DNA of 64,000 nucleotides from Geosiphon pyriformis uo1 (taxonomy: Eukaryota > Fungi > Glomeromycota), in NCBI GenBank assembly GCA_016748015.1, contig JAAOMT010000760.1:474779-538778 (forward strand), written 5' to 3'. Each line of letters begins with the position of its first letter. Position 1 is the stretch's first letter. The position numbers and the translations under genes are program-made. The notes under the pieces are model-generated. The model did not search any database, was not told the DNA's origin, and saw only the letters and a list, made by a program, of their open reading frames with translations. Positions 52,938-64,000 of this stretch are shown piece by piece.

Positions 52938-53698
52938 TTATAACTCACATGTATCTTCTTCTTCTTCTTCTTCTTCTTCTGGAGGAGGAGGAGGAGGGGG
53001 AGGAGAAATAGTAGCAGTGACAGTAGTAGTAGGAGTAGATATAACAGTAATACTAATAATAGTAGTAGGAATGGATGTAACAGTAATAGTAGTAGTAGGA
53101 GAATATGTAACAGTAATACTAGCAATAGCAGTAGGAGTAGATGTAATAGTAATACTAGTAACAATGGTAGGAATAGATGTAACAGTGATACTAGTAGTAG
53201 TAGTAGGAATGGATGTAACAGTAATAGTATTAGTAGTAACAGTATTAGTAGTAATAGTAGTGGTAGTAGTATTAGTAGTAGTAATGTAAGTAGTACTAGT
53301 ATCTATACTAATTGGAATATCACAATTATCTTGCAATTTTATATTATTAAGATCTTGAAAATCTTTTATATAAAAATTCTTAAACTGTGTCTTTTCGATT
53401 GGCATTTCAATAACCCAGCGAGCGTACTCTGCAGCGATTTTCTGATAACAAGTATCGCATCCAATCAAACTTGGGATTGAAATGTTGTTACTTTGGGCTA
53501 TTGATGTCACGGGATTGATTCTTCTCCATTCAAAGAACCATGAAGGTGAATTTAGTTTTAGGGAACTCTTGTTTGTTTTACCGGCAACGTATTCTGTTGT
53601 CTTATTAAATAATTCGATCGTACAGAATTCTATCAAGGATCAAAATGTAAGCAGCAAAGAGTGGTTAGAACCAATTGTTAACTCTTTGATTTTTTCAA

Positions 53699-53729
<31 letters not shown>

Positions 53730-54273
53730 AAAAAGAGTTTTTTAAAAAAAATCTATTACCATTTTTTGAACTTTTAATACATAAGGAACGTTTCAACGGA
53801 ATCATTCGATAAAATTGGTCCAATTTATTCGATGCTTCGATCCCGGTTTTTATCTCATCAGTTTTTGGTTCTTTATTTTCATTAATGCCACCAGGATAAT
53901 AACCATTTTCCAAAGCTTTATTAATTTCTGATTCACATTGATTTACAATTGTCTTTGTAAAATTCTTCACTGGTAATTCGTCACATGGTTTGGAACAGAA
54001 TTCGGTCAAATCTTTTAACAACTTAGGTCGTAATCCGTTTTCATAGTAAATTCCGGCATTATTTACTCCAACGTAATTACATCCATTAAAAGATGGCACC
54101 AAGTAGATTAATTTTTGACATGTTGAACAATCTTTAACTCCAAAATATGATTCACAAGTTTTATCTGGAATCGGATTGCCAATTGAATTCCTTGGTCGAG
54201 AATAAACGATTGACAAAGTTTGAAACCATATAAATAAGATACCAAAAAGATGTATTTTTAAATGTAACCACAT
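52938..54273 (-). CDS. Cys-rich secreted protein (paralog 3) with Thr-rich repeats, poly-Pro and poly-Glu tail; intron ~53630-53759
   Basis: Signal peptide; KTCE..C.TCQ..FC...CD..C..LC.K..NG|EFC..CDTC..CD. No hydrophobic C-terminal tail. Confidence 0.8.
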
Positions 54274-54462
54274 TATAAAAAAAAGTTTCAGAAAGAAAAA
54301 CTTACAAAAAGTTGTCCAATAATTTCAATTTTTCACCTCGAATTTATAGCATTTAATTCCAGCTAACCTATCATGCATGTTGGTACAATTTCTTTATACT
54401 AATCTGTTTAGTCAATTTGTAAAACAACGCCTCGATACTATTTCAAGAGATATTGGGATATA

Positions 54463-54498
<36 letters not shown>

Positions 54499-54932
54499 GT
54501 AAAACTTGAATCGACAAAATTTGTAGAAAAAGAAATGATCCTTAGAATGTTCTAAGCATTAATTATGCACATTTGGCATTGATTACATATTTAAAAATGA
54601 TGATAATAGTAATAATAATGTTTTAAATGGCTTTGAAAAAGGGAGATCGGTTTTAGGCTTAGATTTGTTCTTTTAAGCAGGTTAGATTGGAAATTGAAAC
54701 TAGTATATAAACTCTATTACATAAAAAGGCTTTCGAAACACCCTGGGGGTACATTTGAACATCTCTATGACAATTAAAAATACTTTAGAAGTTTTTTTAT
54801 TAAAAGCCAAAAAGGGTTGCAAATTTTTCCCGTAAAAAAAAAAAATTCACATTCTTCCAATTGCTAATCGTGACTTCTTATTTCTTGATTGCTTAAATAT
54901 TCAAAAAGAAGTTTTTACCCTTTTTTGTATTT

Positions 54933-54934
<2 letters not shown>

Positions 54935-54989
<55 letters not shown>
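54935..54989. repeat. Poly(T) homopolymer
   Basis: Direct observation. Confidence 0.9.
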
Positions 54990-55423
54990 CTAAAATAAAT
55001 ATTCAATCAAGAAAAAACTGTATGACATAATCCAAATAATCAGACAAACAAAGGACGAATTTGGATGTTTGTTTTTTAAAAAAAATTAAAATAACCCTTT
55101 TATAAATGATCAATAGATTCATAATTAAAACCGGAAAAAATGGATTTTAAATTTTCTTGTATCTCAATTTATTGGCATTTTATTATTTAGTTAGAAATAA
55201 TTCCCACACTTTTAGTCATTTTACTTCACCATGACTCGAGATCAGAATGTAAAGGATGACTAATACCAGCTAATGGCTGATTCAGAATTATAAATTCTCC
55301 ACCAAAGAATTTAATTTATTTAACTGAATTATGTTTATTTTTTGAAATTAAAACTTCTTTAAACACCTCAATAAATTATCAAGAGAATAAAAACATCACG
55401 TTTCTTTTGAACGTTAAAAAAAT

Positions 55424-56144
55424 ATGAAACAAAACTTATTACCGACTCAAATTTTGGTTATTATGGTAAATCTTACTTTTTTTGTATGTACATTTTTTAA
55501 TATCAAACAAATTAACAGTTCAACATTGGTTAAAAACTTTTAAACCAACCAACCAACCAACCAAGAAATTAACTTTCTTTACTTTATGCACATTTCTTTA
55601 GGGTACTTCCGCATCAGGCAAATCCCATATAGGACATTATCTTTCAAAAACCTTGTCACTTCCCTTCATAGACGGGGACGACTTACACTCTGAATCAAAC
55701 ATTCAAAAAATGTGTTCAGGTCTCCCTTTAACAGACACCGATAGATTTCCATGGTTTCGATCTATTCTGAATACTTTTCTTTCATTGATAAAGGAATCCT
55801 CGAACCCACCTAAAGGAATTATCATTGCTTGTTCAGCTTTGAAAAAAAGTTATCGAGATTTTTTAAGGGAAGGTATTTCAAAGGATAATTCTGTCAAAAT
55901 TTGGTTTGTCTATTTGAAGACTAGTAAAAAGGTTTTAGAGGAAAGGATAAGGAGGCGGGAAGGTCATTTTATGAAACTTGGAATGCTGGAAAGCCAGTTT
56001 AAAGATTTGGAGGAACCGAGTGAAAAGGATGAGGAAAGGATCGTTGTTGTAAATGGAAATAATCAAGCAGACGAGGTAGTCAAAGAAATTATTGAAAAAG
56101 TAAGAGAACCTTTGATGAAGGAGGAGATGATTTGTTTCTCGTAG
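55424..56144 (+). CDS. Gluconokinase (GntK/IdnK family); exons 55424-55465 and 55602-56144
   Basis: P-loop MGTSASGKS; FIDGDDLH..N..KM..G.PLTD.DR.PW; ACSALKKSYR; R.GHFM...ML.SQ...LE.P. Confidence 0.93.
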
Positions 56145-57600
56145 AATTTTCTAGGCTTCGTCAAATTTTATTGAAATTTTGAAATATTAATAAATTATTT
56201 TAAAAAGAACATTTTAAATACTTTTTAATTGAAAATGCTCTCAATAAAAATGTTATCAACTGATATCAATTTATTCACTAAATTCTTGATTAAAATGACA
56301 TGTTGATGATTCAATTCTTTAAAAGGTAAATCTCTTTCATCCATTTAAAATGTCATGCCATTATTATTGTTGTTACCTTTATAATCATATGAGAAAAAGT
56401 TATATTTAACTGGTAAGTAATTATGATTACATTGAAATTACTACAATACCAATGCAAAAGCATTCCATTCAATTTTTAATCGATTTAGTCGTCGTACAAA
56501 TGACATAATAAACTCCACGCATCTCCCAAAATAGATTACAAAAAAAATTTATATTTCATTTGAATTCGATTCTGGTGATGGTGACCATATTTGATCTCGG
56601 TTAAAAAGATGTTACATATTTTATTCGTAGCGTATTCGTCCTTTTCCTGCTTGGGAGGGGGGGGGGTGGGGATTATGATTTACCGCCGATTTTGAAGGAT
56701 AGTGACATAGTCCTTTTTAAAGGCAGTGTAAGGACAATGATATTTTACTTTACCAATTATTAAATATTTTATCCCTAAAATCAGTTTCATTCCTTTTCAA
56801 TTTGCGTAAAATTTTCACCGTAAGAAATATAGCTTTTTAACAAAAAATTTGATCATCTCACCAGGAGAATCAAAAAATCATCTCTAGCTGTTTCCAAATC
56901 CCAACCCGCAAATTTCAAATTTTTAAAAACCATTATTTTTGCTTTCCATTTGATCTCAAGCATAAAATCTTTGAACTTGGATTTTGCTTTCCTATTAGAG
57001 AATATATATTTCTTTTGGCTCCAAGTTCAATAATTAATTGGTTTTATGAATCTTTTGGTCTCATGAATCTTGGTCTCATGTTCTATAAAATTTGTTGACT
57101 GTCATTAAGAATAAAATCGTCAGTAATTTGATTGTTAATAATGATGAAAGAATTTTTCATGAAACTTTTTCCTATTATCATACACTTTTCACAGAATTTA
57201 TCGATATCGATATGAAATAAGATTCAAAATTTTTTTTTTAAATCAAAACTTTGCACAAACTAAAATACCAATATCAAATATTTGTTGTTGTTATTATTGT
57301 TAGTATTATTATTATTATTGTTGTTATTGTTATTGTTATTGTTATTGTTATTGTTATTGTTATTGTTTTTGTTTAAACTTTAAAATATTTTTTAATCCAC
57401 CCTCATCTCCGAAAATTAGGAATAAAATTTTGTATTAGTTATAAAAACATCGATCGAATAAACGGTGTGAAATTAATGAAACTACAAACTTGCCCCCTAG
57501 GTGAGAAAAAATTTCAAAATTATTTTCGTGAAAAGTTATTTCTTATTAATAAAAATTATATCTATTTAAGCCAAAAATCAATCAATTATTGTACTGGGAA

Positions 57601-59040
57601 ATGTTTTTTGTTCGAAATAAATTTTGGACCGTTATCTTTTTGGCAATTTGTGATTTATATTTTAGCAAACCATCTTTTACTCTTCTTTTTCAAAATAGAA
57701 ATGTTTCTAATATTCCCTATGGAGAAGTCTTAAACGAAAAGAAAATTGAGTTCGCTGGTTATATATCAAAACGATCATCGTCAGATCAAATGTAGGAAGT
57801 AATTCCCCTATTGATCTCAAACCAAAAAAAAATAAAAAAGCCATCAAAAAATTTTATCTGGATCACTTAAATTTTCTAGATCAACTCAAATTCAAACTTC
57901 TCTTAAAGAACCGTTGAGGATTTTATCGAGATCAATCGAAATTATTCCTGAAAAAAGATTTCGTTTGAGTATTAATAATCCAATAAGAGTTTTACTAGGA
58001 TATTATGCACGTACTGCAGCAATGGCTTCCTGTTTAAATCATTTAAATGACAAATATGACCGAAAATTTTACGGTATATGATTGAGGTTTTTTCAAATTA
58101 TTTATTTTTGAAATCATTTTTTTTCAAAAAATCATCAATTTTTACCAACTTAAAAAAATTTTAAGCAAAAGTACTCGTAGATCCCTTAAACCCTGGAATA
58201 TTTGATATCTTATTTAGAGGTCAAGAAATTTCTTCCAATTTTCGAAAATCTATTAGAAAAATGTTTCATTATCCAGGTGTCAAAGGGGCAATGGTAGATG
58301 AGGAATTTTATGAACAATTCCTGTTAGCATGGCCATCATTGGAGAAAAAAATAATGAAGAAACATCGTCTAATTAGTAGCATTAATTTTGTTGGTCATGG
58401 TGTTGGTGGAGGTAAAATATTATTGTGGTCTAGCAATTTTTTTTTTTTTAAAAAAATATTTCCTATTAAAACTCTTAATTATCTTTTCTTTTTCATTAGT
58501 GTATGCAATGCTTGCAGCCCTTGAAATAACTAAAAAGTTGCAAAGTTCTTATACCATCGCAGTATTTACGTTTGGCCAGCCACGTTTAGGAAACTTTCAA
58601 TTTGCTCAGTATGTCAACGAACTACTAACAAACTCCGTGTATCGAGTTACAAACATGAATGATTTCGTACCTAAATATCCAAAGCCAACAGAAACACAAT
58701 CATGGTTACATTATGGAACTGAATATTGGATTAAACAAGAGAATTGTGAATGTTTTATAAAGGGTAAAATGTCTTCAGCGGTTTATAAATGTGTTGGAAC
58801 TCGAACTGATCAACAAAAATTTTTAGAGTCAGAAGTAAGTTTAAAAGGATAAGAATTTCAGTATTTTAGATTTTTTTTTTTTCTCATTTTTTGAAATCTT
58901 GTTCTTTTTTATAGTTTTGTAATTCTCGCGCTATAGGAGGATTGGTAACTAGTGAGCGGAATCATAAAGGTCCTTATTTTTATTTTGCAACGTTACCGCC
59001 GAAAAGTACCCTTATGTCTAATTGTCCTCCCATGTTTTGA
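57601..59040 (+). CDS. Class 3 lipase-fold protein, probably secreted, nucleophile Ser replaced (about 5 exons)
   Basis: YYARTA..A.C; ILFRG; FVGHGVGG|VYAMLAAL; FTFGQPRLGN..FA.YVN; RVTN.ND.VP; H.G.EYWI; C...; H.GPYF. Confidence 0.85.
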
Positions 59041-59350
59041 AAGAAATCTACGAGAAGAAAACTTTAAACAAAATCCTGTAAATTAAAAATATTTGGGTTT
59101 TGAGAACTTTCTTTGTGTTTTCATACGCTATCTCTGAAGAAGAAGAAAAAAAATTTCTGTCCCAACTTTTATTCAATGGCGCATTGTTACAATCAATCAA
59201 GATTAATTCGCCTTTAATGAACTATAACAAAAATATGAACAAGTTGTAAAAACAGTAATCAAATTTTAGAGTTTTTCATGAATATTTATTGTACAGTAAT
59301 TTAAATTTTAAAATATTTTCAATCTAAAAAGTTTTTAGTTTTCAGTTGGA

Positions 59351-59393
<43 letters not shown>

Positions 59394-60447
59394 TATTTTT
59401 TTAAATTTTTTATTATTATTTTTTACAAAAAAAAAAAATTTTTTTTAATAAACAGTCTAAAATCTCGTTTTAACCTGAATTTTTTAGTTGACTTATTAAA
59501 AAAAAATAAAAATAAAAAAAATTCCTTTTACATTATACATTTATAAATAATCTCGAATTCATTAAATGATATCAGATTTAAAATTTCTCTGAAATATTTT
59601 AAATAAATTTTTGTTTAAAAACTACCTAAAAAAAATGATACCTTTGAAAAATTTGTAAAAATTTTCTTTTAATATCCGTTGAATATATCAATCAAAAGAT
59701 TACATCATCTACAGTAAAATAAAAAGTTATTTACTATATCAGTCTTCATTCTATTTATAGATTTAGGCCATATCAGGTAAAATCAAATCATGGTACATGT
59801 AAATTTATAACTGTTAAAAGTATTTATATATGCTGTTTCCGTTTAAATCAATATTTATTGCCCTATTTATTACTATAAATCTAATTAGCCTATTTTAACA
59901 ATAATTTTGTCGAAAAACAAAACTAATCATTATTTATGATAATTTAAACCATCTATCTTATATTATAGGATCAAAATTATTTAAAAATGAAAAAAAAGTT
60001 CACCCGACTGAACTACTTCGCCCAAATTTCTAAATTAAAGTTATAAAAATTTTATTTTATTTCTGTTCGTCTCATACCATAATATTAACTCATTTTCATT
60101 CATGGGTTTTAATTATTATTCAGTATCCTTTATGGTTGAACAGTATACATGGACATTGTTTGAAAAATCTTGAAACTAAAATTGACTTTACCCATTTTTT
60201 TGGAATTTCCAAAAAAATTTACAAACAGCTTTCTTTTCAATGATCGATAATGTTTATTTATTCACAATTTATCAATTATGTAATTTATTATGTAGAAAAT
60301 TATATTACTGAAAAAATGTTGGTACAGTATGCAGAAATCTTATGAGATTCTATGGATAAATAAGTGAAAGGGGAGTATATATTCCTTCTTTTACTAAATG
60401 AAATTCCCTTTACAAAAAATTGCTTCTAAATTAAGAAGGCAAAAAAT

Positions 60448-61482
60448 TTAAAGAGAAAAAAGAAATGAAACAATCAAAGATCCAGCAGCCAATCCAAAAC
60501 TTGCTTTGCTCATTGTAATAGCATCCGAGGTGGTACTGTTGCTACTTTTGACAACGTCGGTCTTTAGGTTACATTCACTTGTAAAATTACTAGTAACCGG
60601 CTTGATGATTGCGTCTACAGCGGTTCTCAATGATTCAAGACTTGATGGATTCTTTGCAGCGTAATCAATCCATGGTTGTGAGATCTTTACATAGCAATCA
60701 CTGCAAAGAATATCCTTGGGTAAAATCACATTCTCCGTTTTGTTGGTGTTTTCAACTTGATAGCTAACCAAGGCATTTGGAGGTGTAAGACCAAAAGGAA
60801 CTAATGCAAAATTTCCTTTTACTTTGCTTGTGACGAACTCAAATTTCTTCTTTTGAATCTCAGCTGCGCAGAATACTATAAAACAAAAGTAGTTTGATTA
60901 GAGATGATCATTTGTAGTCGTAGAAAATAAAAATTTTCAAGGATAAATGATATATTTTAACTTACTGCCGTTAGAATTCTTTAGACACAAAGCTTGGGTA
61001 GCTGGGGTAGCCGAATAAATTGCCGTCCAAAATTTACCTAAATTAAGTGCAAATTGATTTTCGGCCGAAGGTTTCTCAGCGCCGCTAACAACTTGCAAAT
61101 ATTTTTTCAAATCATCACTGCAATCTTTTTCCAACGAGCTAACAACTGTTTTCGCGACTGTTGTATCACACTTCAAGCCACAAGCAGCTGTAAGGTCAGC
61201 TTCAAACTTAGGGCTACTTATATCTACACCGACTAAAGTTGTGCAACCAATAAGATTGTCTTTTTGTAGTTGAGTTTTAAAGAAAGTATCTTGACAGGTT
61301 GTGCATTTGTCACTTTGAAAAACTTCTTCACAAGTTTTTGGTACGGTTGGAGTACTAGTAGAAGCATTTGAAGCTGATGAAGTCGTGGAAGTGCTATTAG
61401 TATTAGCTTGGGCATATACAGTTTGGGAGTTTATGCCAGCAACTAAAACAACAGCTAAAAGAATGGAAGTGAATGATTTCAT
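60448..61482 (-). CDS. Cys-rich secreted, probably GPI-anchored protein (paralog 4); intron ~60878-60965
   Basis: Signal peptide; Ser/Thr linker; KTCE..CTTCQ..C..C...CD..DC..LCLKNSNG|FC..LCSDCY..EC; S-D-A plus hydrophobic tail. Confidence 0.85.
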
Positions 61483-61508
61483 GGTTTATGTTAATATTTG
61501 AGGGTAGT

Positions 61509-61510
<2 letters not shown>

Positions 61511-61555
<45 letters not shown>

Positions 61556-61570
61556 AATAATGATGATGAT
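61511..61570. repeat. (GAT)n microsatellite just upstream of the paralog 4 start codon
   Basis: Direct observation. Confidence 0.9.
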
Positions 61571-62072
61571 AATGAATAATTTTTCTTTGGGCATCCCAAA
61601 CCTCTTTATTTATTTCATATGAGGTGGCTGATTTGTGTCATTTTAAATTTCAGTAATTCTAAGCATTGACCGGTTATTTTACATAGAAACACCCACAAGT
61701 CAAATTTCATTGTTGCCCAAAACAGTTTTGTTAATGACACAATTTTCAAAACTCATAAATTATAATTATCAATTTATGCGTCAATAATTTGAGGCAAATT
61801 ATTCAATATTATCATTTAAAATTTTTTGATAACAGAAAGTTCTTTCTTGTTCTTTGTTTTAAGGTTTAGAACTTTTTGTCAGGTCATACTTCGACCACGA
61901 CATCTTGGTAAATGACATTAGTTTATATCGTTAAACAAGTAACCATAACGGCATTTCAGCTCGCATGAATTTTCAAATTTCTTTTGAAATTATTATGGAA
62001 TTTCATTGGCAAAAAAAATAAATTTCCTAGATTAAAATTTCCTATATCGGCAGGAACCTGATATCATTTTAA

Positions 62073-62103
62073 TTGGTGGTGGTGATGGTGGTAGTAGTAG
62101 TAA

Positions 62104-62156
<53 letters not shown>

Positions 62157-62180
62157 ATAGTAGTAGTTGGTAGTAGTGGT
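62073..62180. repeat. (GGT)/(GTA)n microsatellite
   Basis: Direct observation. Confidence 0.9.
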
Positions 62181-63214
62181 AAGATGAAAAAGGAAATTAG
62201 GGAAGATTGTACATTTGTTGTTTGTTTCTTTGCGGGGGAAAAATTACTTTGTACATTTTCCAATAATTTTTTTTTCTTAATCCAATATCAAATAGGTAAA
62301 GATCTTCATAATGCATAGCTTACCACCATGATGTTTGGACCCAGGGGTGATACTTGTTTCCCATTTTAGGAAGATAGGCCCAAAAGAATATTTTCTTCGA
62401 GGGTTCCACAATTTTATCATTAAAGTTGTACGAAACACAAAATTAAGGGAAATTATACAAAAGGGAATAACCGCAATGTAGATCAATACTTTTTTGTTCT
62501 ACTACCCATAATATAATCAAACTCCATACAGGTTCTAAAGGTTTTGAAAAGTTTAGTAAAATTTCGGAAGACAAGGGTTCTATCTTTAATGAATAATTTT
62601 AAAAAACTTTTTCTTTTCCAACTGATTAATATTTTCTATCCAAAAAAAGGAAAAGTTAAATTTATAATAATACGTTACATAAAATTACATGAAATAGAAT
62701 CACACACACACACACACACACAACTTTATCATCTGCGACAATTTTTTTTTTTTAATTAATAAATGGTTTAGCTGCTGCAAATTAGTTTGTACGAATTGAA
62801 AGTTCGTAATTATCTCTATTAATTTTCAAAGTATCTATCAATCAATGGTAACAAAAGTATGCAACTTGATTTTATTCAAATTAATTAATATAATAAATAT
62901 TTTTTTTTTTTTTAAAAATATAAATTTTTATTTCAAATTTTTTCATATCATAATTTAATACTTTGGAGATTATATTAATTTCAATAAAAAATAAATGATT
63001 AATATTTTGATTTTGATTTTGATTTTGGGCACGAAACTACATATCCCCAATTGTCAATCGATCATATTTGTATTCCAGGCCACAACATATACATTAAAAT
63101 TTCAGGAGTTATGGGATTAAATTTGTCCAATTGTATCTCAAATAATTAAATTGTTGTGCCCTCCATATTTTTACTTTGATCATTTGGAATAATGTAACAC
63201 AAATTTAGGGGGAA

Positions 63215-63245
<31 letters not shown>

Positions 63246-63751
63246 TGCAGGCTTCAAAAATATTGTTACAATTAAAAAAAATATTGAGTTTCACATTTGA
63301 TCGATCGTTTGTTTCCAATATGTACTGACTAGTTTTATGATTTATTAAAAATTCTTCTCTGTTCATATCTTTTATGAATTTTTTCACAATTCAAGAAAAG
63401 AAACGATCTCTTAAAGAAATTTATTTCATACTACTGAAATGTGAAAAAAGATTATATATCTCAGATAATTCAAAATTTCTCAACATGAAAGAATCAAATA
63501 TTTAGATTCGAGTTAGATTAGAATTCTATCAAATTTCCACGTGATTATAATCAGGTTTTGTAGACAGATTGCAATTTCCTTAAGAAAAAAAAATTAGATT
63601 AGATTTGACAAACTATACTACCTAAATTTCAAATGATTATTTTTTTTTTCTTAATATAGCGCTTGTTTATGAAAATTTATCAACAACGATTCGCCTCATA
63701 AATTAATTCCTGAATGACATAGTAAAAAAATTTTTCAGCCTATTCTTGATG

Positions 63752-63786
<35 letters not shown>

Positions 63787-63968
63787 TAAATCGAAATTCT
63801 GTAAAAACCCAAATTGGAATAAGGTTTAGGTATATACTCATTTTGGCTTCAGAATTGAAAATTTTTCTTTATTTATTGATTTGTTTACTAACCAAATTGA
63901 CTAAACCTAAAATATTTCTTCAATTTTAGGTCTATTTACCAAATCTTATCATAATAATTTACAAGATT

Positions 63969-64000
<32 letters not shown>

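Noticed and set aside
51194-53289. Poly-Leu and poly-Val ORFs (51194-51415, 52883-53164, 53017-53289)
   Set aside because: Antisense or off-frame shadows of the poly-Asn and Thr-repeat coding regions.
55424-56144. Horizontal transfer of bacterial gluconokinase
   Set aside because: Has a spliceosomal intron and host-like composition; the family is widespread in fungi.
61403-63387. Poly-Ile, poly-Thr and poly-Val ORFs and short ORFs near the window end
   Set aside because: Driven by (GAT)n and (GTA)n repeats; no coherent spliced gene could be built.

Overview
AT-rich, intron-containing fungal genomic DNA. The gene set (SCAMP, MATH-BTB paralogs, class 3 lipase, APE-RT-RNaseH LINEs) suggests an early-diverging fungus, plausibly Glomeromycotina such as Geosiphon; this is inference, not verified. 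Positions 1-11.8 kb and 17.9-35.6 kb are nested transposon blocks. They contain two full-length but stop-riddled LINEs (1.75-9.5 kb minus; 26.3-34.0 kb plus), each interrupted by a ~1 kb solo LTR of one family with 4-bp TSDs. They also contain two 5'-truncated LINEs, an inverted pair of LTR-like ends, and near-pure A/T 'ghost' copies of the same elements eroded by C->T/G->A transitions. Host genes lie at 12.2-17.4 kb (MATH-BTB, ACL4-like, PQ-loop) and 37.4-61.5 kb (MATH-BTB, SCAMP, secreted SOD-fold protein, F-box, four paralogous Cys-rich secreted/GPI proteins, gluconokinase, lipase-3 lacking its catalytic Ser). Best leads: (1) repeat-restricted, RIP-like hypermutation in non-CpG contexts; (2) a duplicated two-hairpin RNA-like module inside the LTR; (3) a four-member Cys-rich cell-surface protein family with a co-lost Cys pair. 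Exon boundaries were read by eye and no database searches were run.
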